DNA from: Clostridia bacterium
Lineage (GTDB): Bacteria > Bacillota > Clostridia > UMGS1883
Direction of reading: 5' to 3'
DNA length: 64,000 nt
NCBI GenBank assembly: GCA_017414645.1
Contig: JAFQLL010000017.1
Location: 6,057-70,056, forward strand
The number at the start of each line of letters is the position of its first letter. The first letter of the stretch is position 1. The notes under the pieces are model-generated. The model had not been told where the DNA came from, did not search any database, and saw only the letters and a program-made list of their open reading frames with translations. The translations under genes were made by a program, and so were the position numbers. Below are positions 17,181-23,522 of the stretch, in pieces.

Positions 17181-17366
17181 TTATCGTCCTTTCGTTGTAT
17201 CTTTTAATGGTTTGAAAATCTTATCAAGTGATTGTTCGATAATTTCTTCAAACTGTTTTTCTATGCCGATGGTATAGAATATTCTTTTGCGCTCCTTTTG
17301 GAGAATCTCGTGCGGTTGCAGATTGTCTTTCTTATATTCTGCATATCTCTAAATTGCGGATTTCAT
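17181..17366 (-). pseudogene. 61-codon small gene with one in-frame TAG at codon 6
   Basis: AGGAGG 8 nt upstream of ATG 17366. MKSAI*RYAEYKKDNLQPHEILQKERKRIFYTIGIEKQFEEIIEQSLDKIFKPLKDTTKGR. The TAA is 4 nt before the next ATG. Confidence 0.5.
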
Positions 17367-17486
17367 TATAAAATCCTCCTTTCATTTTTACTTTCTATAA
17401 TTATTATACAAAAATTTTTTATAAAAATCAAAGTGAGGCGAAGCGGTACTCGTTAAAAAAAGAGTTTGTTCTATGTGAACAAACTC

Positions 17487-17927
17487 TCATCCGTTAGCTG
17501 CTTCTGCTTTTGTTTCGTACTCGTCAATATTAGGTTCGGGTACAGGAAAAGCAGCAATATTCTTGGGTTCAAAATCGGGTAATTCTTTATACGTGGGGAA
17601 CTGCGCGTTGAACCAATCGCAAACATACTTGTAGGGGCAAGCCAAGGGCGCAGACTTTGCTTTTATAGTCTCGAAGCGGCTTAAGAGCTCGTTAGCGTTT
17701 GCAAATGTGTTAATGTACTTTTCCATATTTTCATAGGTTAAACGCTTGTTGTAGCGCGGTTTTTTCTGTTCTCTGCCGGACTTAACAATTACGCTAAAAT
17801 TGGGAAAATCACTTAATATGCTCTTGCGAATATTGTATTCTTCCGAGCCGTAAACGGAAGCCGCCGCGGCAAACTTAAAATTCATAATCAATGTGTTTGT
17901 TGTGAAATCAATCTTATATCCTGTCAT
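17487..17927 (-). CDS. Hypothetical protein, paralogue B of a tandem pair
   Basis: 146 aa. Shares the Y(E/D)NMEKYI ... PYKYV(C/L)DWFN blocks with 17943..18380. Confidence 0.7.
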   Translation of the reverse strand: MTGYKIDFTTNTLIMNFKFAAAASVYGSEEYNIRKSILSDFPNFSVIVKSGREQKKPRYNKRLTYENMEKYINTFANANELLSRFETIKAKSAPLACPYKYVCDWFNAQFPTYKELPDFEPKNIAAFPVPEPNIDEYETKAEAANG

Positions 17928-17942
17928 TGTAATATCCTCCTA

Positions 17943-18380
17943 TTATTTATTAACTGCATTATTGAACGGAACAACGTTTTCTTGTTCATTTGTCTTTTCT
18001 TCTTTGAAAATATCATGTGTTTCATAGCCTTTGAATGTTTCGTTGAACCAATCCAAAACATACTTATAGGGGTTCTTTTGGATTGCGGAAGCGGCTTTTA
18101 CCTTTTCAAACGTTACAAGATATGCCGCACTATCTTTGCCGCAAGCTGTCTTAATGTACTTTTCCATATTATCGTATGTGCGGTTCCTGTTTGTTTTCTT
18201 GTCGGGATTCTTCTTAATGCTCTTGGTTCTCATTTCAGCGTTGGGGTATCTTGTAATGAACTGTTCCCACATTTCGTATTCAGCTGAACCAAAGATTCTT
18301 GCATTTTTCATAAATGCCTTTGTTACCTGACCTACTACTGTTCCGTTTGTGTTTCTAATTACTGTAATCTGATTTTTCAT
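17943..18380 (-). CDS. Hypothetical protein, paralogue A of a tandem pair
   Basis: Start set at ATG 18380 (MKNQITVIRN) behind AAGGAGG. Shared blocks with 17487..17927. Confidence 0.7.
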   Translation of the reverse strand: MKNQITVIRNTNGTVVGQVTKAFMKNARIFGSAEYEMWEQFITRYPNAEMRTKSIKKNPDKKTNRNRTYDNMEKYIKTACGKDSAAYLVTFEKVKAASAIQKNPYKYVLDWFNETFKGYETHDIFKEEKTNEQENVVPFNNAVNK

Positions 18381-18741
18381 AATGAAAAACCTCCTTAAAA
18401 AAATTTTATTATTTAGAGTTTTGAGAGTTTGTTTATCTCTGTTCTCTATGGCTTTATTATAGCAGGCGCATAAGAAAAAGTTGTACCACAAATAGAACAA
18501 GTGAAAAATAATAAAAAACTTTTTTAGTATAAAACAGTACCAGAAACTTAATAAAAGTTGATGATTTGTTCTAATTAGAAGCGGCTTGAAAAAACTTGTT
18601 GACTTTTGGATAAGTTTGATCTAACATAATCTTATCAAGAATTAAGTGTGCAGTTTGGCTTTAAAATCAACGAGAGCATACGAAGAATGCCGATGAAATC
18701 GGGGTTTGCAAGGTGTCATCAATTTGCCTGAAAGGCAAATC

Positions 18742-18788
18742 ACTTTTAATCAAGTTGTCGGGGGTTCGATTCCCCCGTGTCTCACCAA
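18742..18788 (+). repeat. attR core (47-bp direct repeat = 3' part of tRNA-Lys)
   Basis: Identical to 11527-11573. Confidence 0.9.
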
Positions 18789-18797
18789 CATAAAAGG

Positions 18798-19663
18798 CAC
18801 TTGCAGTAGCAAGTGCCTTTTATGTTGGCAAGATGTGGGATATATCCCACACACTTAATAAAGTGCAATACCGACTGAGCGTGCGAAGGAGGGAGTAACG
18901 GAGTCCGACCGCGCCCGGTGGGCGATGCAGGGAGCACGCAAAGGCTGTGCCGCAACACAATGAAACAAGCCACATGCTGTGCGGCGCAGTTGAATTGATG
19001 TTGCAAACGTAAACGACCGTTTGGGTTCCGCTCTCCAAAACGGAATGGGATAAAAATCACTTGCAGTAGCAAGTGCCTTTTATGTTGGTAAGATGTGGGA
19101 TACATCCCACACACTTAATATAGTGTAATACCGACTGAGCGTGCGAAGGAGGGAGAACTGCGTAGCGACCGCCTCCTGCGGAGGATGAAGGGAGCACGCA
19201 AAGGCTGTGCCGAGGTCGAAGTAGCCGAGCGAGATAGCGAGGATACGAGGGCACCTCAAACGTAAACGACCGTTTGGGTTCCGCTCTCCAAAACGGAATG
19301 GGATAAAAATCACTTGCAGTAGCAAGTGCCTTTTATGTTGGCAAGATGTGGGATATATCCCACACACTTAATAAAGTGCAATACCGACTGAGCGTTGCGA
19401 AGGAGGTAGTAACGGAGTCCGACCGCGCCCGGTGGGCGATGCAGGGAGGACGACGGGCTGTGCCGCAACACAATGAAACAAGCCGCATGCTGTGCGGCGC
19501 AGTTGAATTGATGTTGCAAACGTAAACGACCGTTTGGATTCCGCTCTCCAAAACGGAATGGGATAAAAATCACTTGCAGTAGCAAGTGCCTTTTATGTTG
19601 GCAAGATGTGGGATATATCCCACACACTTAATAAAGTGCAATACCGACTGAGCGTGCGAAGGA
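18798..19663 (+). repeat. Tandem array, 3.3 copies of a 253-260-bp structured unit
   Basis: Unit-initial hairpin CACTTGCAGTAGCAAGTG at 18798, 19058, 19311 and 19571. Conserved 5' and 3' blocks flank a ~100-nt variable block. Confidence 0.9.
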
Positions 19664-19687
19664 ACATTTACTCCTGTTTGAAAAAAA

Positions 19688-19708
19688 CACTTGATTAAAA
19701 GTCAAGTG
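19688..19708 (+). other. Inverted copy of the tRNA-Lys anticodon stem-loop
   Basis: CACTTGATTAAAAGTCAAGTG is the reverse complement of 11521-11540 (20/20 nt). Lies 20 nt upstream of the 19729 ATG. Confidence 0.8.
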
Positions 19709-19728
19709 GCTGTTGAGGTGAAAAACCT

Positions 19729-20247
19729 ATGCAAAAAATTCTCATTATCGGCTCACCGGGGAGCGGTAAAAGCACCTTTGGACGCCGTCTTAGCAAAAAA
19801 CTTAATATTCCTTTGGTACATCTCGATTCTCTTTTCTGGAAGGCCGGCTGGGTTGAAAGCGAGAGGGAAGAGTTTGACACACTTTTATTAAGTGAGCTTA
19901 AAAAGGATAAATGGATAATTGACGGCAACTATTCCCGCACTATGGAAATGCGCCTTAAATATGCCGACACTGTAATCTTCTTCGATTATAACCGTTTTTT
20001 GTGCCTGTGGCGCGTTATAAAGCGCGTTGTAACAAATTACGGGAAAGTACGCTTTGACATGCCAAAGGGCTGCCCTGAACGGTTTGATTGGGAATTTTTA
20101 AAGTATGTGTACAAGTTTAACGATAAACAAAGGGCAGATATTTATAAAAAATTATCGACAAATCCCCATACAAGGGTTATAATTATTAAGAACAGGAAAG
20201 ATTTTAGAAGAATGGAAAAGGAAATATATGAAAAATCCGGACTTTGA
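19729..20247 (+). CDS. P-loop NTPase (adenylate-kinase-like / topology-modulation family)
   Basis: Walker A GSPGSGKST; ~170 aa kinase-like layout. Confidence 0.75.
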   Translation: MQKILIIGSPGSGKSTFGRRLSKKLNIPLVHLDSLFWKAGWVESEREEFDTLLLSELKKDKWIIDGNYSRTMEMRLKYADTVIFFDYNRFLCLWRVIKRVVTNYGKVRFDMPKGCPERFDWEFLKYVYKFNDKQRADIYKKLSTNPHTRVIIIKNRKDFRRMEKEIYEKSGL

Positions 20248-20812
20248 ATTTATATTTCATGCAGTAGTGTTTTTTTGTATAGTCGTAGCATTATTGTTGT
20301 ATATTTGGATTGAATGGATATATCCGCTGAATGTGAAGAGGCGTATAAAAAAGCTGGAAAGGTATGAAACTGCGTCATTTGCTGAATACAAAACAAGTTT
20401 TATGGGATATTTGGGGACACTTGGACCATTGCTGCTGTGCGTAGTTCTTCTCATGGTGGGAATTGTGGGAGTTGCCCCCGAGAAACGTGTGAGCTGGGAA
20501 TATGGTTTTTTAATAACGCTATCAGCTGTGGGGACAATGTGGTTCATATTTAAGCTGATTTACATATTGCCAAGACGATATTTTAAGTGGGAAAATAACG
20601 TTATATATTATCATACAGGATTGCGGGAAAAGGTTATTACAGAAATTAAGCATATATTTAGACACAGTCCCGGCAGGACTAATTATTTCTCTGTAGAAAT
20701 TTGGGAAGATAAGAAGCCAAATATTTATGTAGATATTTTATCTTTACAACACCCGAAAAAGATTTATTCAATTTTAAAGGTTAAATCAAAAGCAGAGCAT
20801 GAGTTTTATTAG
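20228..20812 (+). CDS. Hypothetical membrane protein
   Basis: 194 aa with 3-4 hydrophobic helices; overlaps the upstream gene end. Confidence 0.55.
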   Translation: MKNPDFEFIFHAVVFFCIVVALLLYIWIEWIYPLNVKRRIKKLERYETASFAEYKTSFMGYLGTLGPLLLCVVLLMVGIVGVAPEKRVSWEYGFLITLSAVGTMWFIFKLIYILPRRYFKWENNVIYYHTGLREKVITEIKHIFRHSPGRTNYFSVEIWEDKKPNIYVDILSLQHPKKIYSILKVKSKAEHEFY

Positions 20813-20837
20813 TGAACTAAAATAAGGAGCTGACATT

Positions 20838-21518
20838 ATGAAATATCGTTACGAAACACATTGCCACACAAAGCCCGTAAGCGCATGCGGTCATGCAACT
20901 GTACGTGAAACGTTGGAGTTTTACAAAAGCTTAGGCTATGATGGCGTTTTTATAACAAACCACTTTTTAGACGGTAACATCGGAATAGACTGGAACACAC
21001 CCGTTACAGAAAAGCTTGACTTTTATTTTTCAGACTACGAGGAAGGCGTAAAAATAGCCGAGGAAATTGGCATTAAGGTTTTCCTTGGTGTTGAAATGAG
21101 CTATGGCGGCACCGACTTTCTTGTTTTCGGGCTGGATAAAAAATGGTGGTATGACCACATTGACATTCTGCAGGAAAGGAAAAGCCGACAGCTGCCATAT
21201 TTCATGAGTGAGGGCGCTTTAGTGGTGCAGGCGCACCCCTTCCGTGAAGCAGGCTATATCGACCACATCCGCCTTTTTCCCCGTGGGGTAGAGGGTGTTG
21301 AGGTTATGAACGCCGACAGAACCGACTTTGAAAACCACATGGCAAACCTCTATGCCGAGGAATACGGCCATTTGAAAACAGCAGGCAGCGACAACCACTG
21401 GGCAAGCGGTGCAAAGCGCCTTGCAGGCTTGGAATGTGACGAAGCTGTTGACAGCGTAGAGGATTTTATAAAAAAGCTCCGCGACGGCAAAATGAGCATT
21501 TTTACAGTGGAAAGGTGA
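20838..21518 (+). CDS. PHP-domain phosphoesterase
   Basis: N-terminal ETHCHT metal motif; later HP...H and GSDNH motifs. Confidence 0.8.
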   Translation: MKYRYETHCHTKPVSACGHATVRETLEFYKSLGYDGVFITNHFLDGNIGIDWNTPVTEKLDFYFSDYEEGVKIAEEIGIKVFLGVEMSYGGTDFLVFGLDKKWWYDHIDILQERKSRQLPYFMSEGALVVQAHPFREAGYIDHIRLFPRGVEGVEVMNADRTDFENHMANLYAEEYGHLKTAGSDNHWASGAKRLAGLECDEAVDSVEDFIKKLRDGKMSIFTVER

Positions 21519-21683
21519 AGTTTTGAACCATGTTCAAAGTGAAGTTGTTTCTTACGAAACAGTGAAGTTTTACGTTTTACGTAAAGTGAAGTTAAGTTTG
21601 CACTATGCCGTAAGGCATAACTTCACTTGCAAAGCAAACTTCACTGCGAAAGCAACTTCACTTGCCTGAAAGGCAAACTTAAT
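21515..21683 (+). repeat. GTGAAGTT/AACTTCAC 'ladder' element, copy 2
   Basis: GTGAAGTT at 21515, 21539, 21562 and 21586. Central ATGCC-GTAA-GGCAT. AACTTCAC at 21619, 21637 and 21654, degenerate at 21676. Confidence 0.8.
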
Positions 21684-21689
21684 TGTATT

Positions 21690-21733
21690 AAAAAAATCAG
21701 GGTTGGGGAATTTATCCTAACCCTGATTTTTTT
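21690..21733. terminator. Bidirectional terminator
   Basis: AAAAAAATCAGGGTTGGGGAATTTATCCTAACCCTGATTTTTTT. Confidence 0.8.
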
Positions 21734-22151
21734 AATACAATGTATAAGTACCTTTAACCATAATAATTATGTCAGTATCGGCTTTAATGCCTCTGCCGTC
21801 TGAAAGGGGCACAATAAGGTTGTGGTTTGCAGGAACTGCAGAGCCGTGAGGCCAGTCGCCGCCCAGAGTTATGTCGCAAAGACCACCTTTTTCTGTTGCA
21901 ATAACAGTTGCAGTACCCATTCTGAGAATAATTTCGCAGCCTGCATCACCGATAAGCATCTGATTAGCGCTTAAGTTAACTACAGTATAGGAAGACACCT
22001 TGTTTACATAGGGAATAAGATTTGTTTCAACATAGCTCTTGGAAATGAGCGGGTCTTCGGGCGAACCGGGTTCAGCTGCAGAAACCGCAATTGCCACTAA
22101 AAAGGTGAGCGCCAGTATGATTGTAAGGGTACGGTTTGTAATTGTTTTCAT
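21732..22151 (-). CDS. Hypothetical secreted protein
   Basis: Signal peptide; 139 aa; RBS AAGGAG. Confidence 0.6.
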   Translation of the reverse strand: MKTITNRTLTIILALTFLVAIAVSAAEPGSPEDPLISKSYVETNLIPYVNKVSSYTVVNLSANQMLIGDAGCEIILRMGTATVIATEKGGLCDITLGGDWPHGSAVPANHNLIVPLSDGRGIKADTDIIIMVKGTYTLY

Positions 22152-22168
22152 TGTTTTTCTCCTTTGTG

Positions 22169-22513
22169 TTAAATGAGGCCAAAGCTGATGGATAATGCAT
22201 CGTTTACCTTTATCATCTGAACCTCATCCAGTTTGCCTATTTTCTCACGAAGTCGCTTTTTGTCGATGGTGCGGACCTGCTCAAGCAGTATGACACTGTC
22301 CTTATTAAGCCCGTACCGAGCCGCGTCGATCTCAATATGTGTGGGGAGCTTAGCCTTGTTAATGCGGCTGGTAATTGCCGCGGCTATTACAGTTGGACTG
22401 TATTTATTTCCCACATCGTTCTGGACAACAAGCACCGGGCGTGTTCCGCCTTGTTCACTGCCCACAACGGGACTGAGGTCGGCATAAAAAATGTCTCCTC
22501 GCTTTACGATCAA
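22169..22513 (-). CDS. mazF: MazF/EndoA-type mRNA interferase toxin
   Basis: [30 protein letters not shown]... collinear with B. subtilis NdoA/MazF. Confidence 0.93.
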   Translation of the reverse strand: MIVKRGDIFYADLSPVVGSEQGGTRPVLVVQNDVGNKYSPTVIAAAITSRINKAKLPTHIEIDAARYGLNKDSVILLEQVRTIDKKRLREKIGKLDEVQMIKVNDALSISFGLI

Positions 22514-22515
22514 AA

Positions 22516-22788
22516 CTATTCACATCCCATTAAAAACTGCTCGTAGGCATCTTGTGTAGCTTGATCGGAATTGAAACATTCATTGGCTATTGAAAGGTTA
22601 ATATCTGCCATTTCAAGGTAGCCCTTTTTCAATTCGGTTTTGTTTTCAATTCTCCTTCTTTCCGCCAGATAAGCTTTAATAATGGACATAACCACTCTAC
22701 CTGCGGACATATGTAAATCCGCAGACAGCGCATCAATATCATTTGCTATATCTTCGGGAAGTGTTATGGAGATTTTTTTAGGTTCCAT
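22516..22788 (-). CDS. mazE: RHH antitoxin (EndoAI/MazE-like)
   Basis: ISITLPEDI ribbon-helix-helix N-terminus. Immediately upstream of mazF with a 2-nt gap. Confidence 0.85.
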   Translation of the reverse strand: MEPKKISITLPEDIANDIDALSADLHMSAGRVVMSIIKAYLAERRRIENKTELKKGYLEMADINLSIANECFNSDQATQDAYEQFLMGCE

Positions 22789-22979
22789 GTGTCACCCTCC
22801 CTTTGGAAATATAGATACATATAGATTATATACCCAAAGAGAGGCTAAGTCAAATGTAACTTATCCCATAAATGGCATTAAAAGATGTGCCAAGGATTAA
22901 CTCAAGTGCCTACAATGTAAGTTTTAACAGAACACCGTTAAATAATACACCTGAGAAAAAAATATCTCATTACATTATA

Positions 22980-23453
22980 CTATATTATATTTCGTTTTAC
23001 CTTGCTCGGTGCAAGCATAAAAAGCTCGTGAAGAAAAGCTTCATCGGGCGAGAACAGAACCGATGCCTGCTTGCCCTCTTCGTTAAAAACAACAGAGCAT
23101 ACGTTTTCTCCCTCGGAATAGTCCAGCTTAACCCCAAAAAGAGGCTGACCCGTATATTTTTCGCAAACTACCAGATGGGCAATGTCGCAGGCAAAAAGCT
23201 CCTTTCGTGATGCCTTGTTTTTAATTAAAGCAACAGAAAATGTATCCCCTTCAAGGTTGTATTCATATTCGGTAAAAATAGCCGAGGGTGCAATAACTGC
23301 CCCTGTAATGATGCATGCGGCACAAACTGCAAAGGCAAAAATGGCAGAAATGCCAAGTAAAAGCAAAAGCGCAATCAGCCCAATGCCAAACAGCGCAAAG
23401 GAGGGGAGAAGTGACTTCATTTTAAATTTACGTTTTATAATACAGCTTTTCAT
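22980..23453 (-). CDS. Hypothetical membrane protein
   Basis: 157 aa with two N-terminal TM helices. Confidence 0.55.
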   Translation of the reverse strand: MKSCIIKRKFKMKSLLPSFALFGIGLIALLLLLGISAIFAFAVCAACIITGAVIAPSAIFTEYEYNLEGDTFSVALIKNKASRKELFACDIAHLVVCEKYTGQPLFGVKLDYSEGENVCSVVFNEEGKQASVLFSPDEAFLHELFMLAPSKVKRNII

Positions 23454-23522
23454 AAAATCAATACCTTTCGTAAAAATTAAAGAGGCTGCGCTTGTCGCAA
23501 CAGCCTCTTTATAGGTTCTATA

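Larger units (their letters stand above)
11527..18788 (+). mobile_element. ~7.2-kb integrative element in tRNA-Lys (attL 11527-11573, attR 18742-18788)
   Basis: 47-bp perfect direct repeats. Tyrosine integrase is the first gene inside attL. Accessory gene content. Confidence 0.85.

Noticed and set aside
17232-17456. 74-aa plus-strand ORF opposite the small TAG-containing gene
   Set aside because: Low-complexity Phe/Ile/Leu-rich translation of an AT-rich region with no RBS. The minus-strand gene has AGGAGG and is coupled to the next gene.
18722-18738. 17-nt identity (TTGCCTGAAAGGCAAA) between the island's right end and the last side hairpin of ladder copy 2 (21661-21677)
   Set aside because: It is a short hairpin-only match with no flanking GTGAAGTT/AACTTCAC octamers. 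It may be chance or a fragment and is too little to call a third copy.
18782-19627. Long minus-strand ORFs (65-110 aa) running through the tandem array
   Set aside because: They exist only because the GC-rich repeats lack stop codons. The unit length (253/260 bp) is not a multiple of 3, so the frame changes from unit to unit. There are no RBSs, and the 'proteins' are low-complexity.
18798-19663. CRISPR array or DGR template/variable repeats as an explanation for the tandem array
   Set aside because: The repeats are about 150 bp of conserved sequence per unit, far longer than CRISPR repeats, and there are no cas genes. Differences between units 1 and 3 are not adenine-specific, and no reverse transcriptase is nearby.
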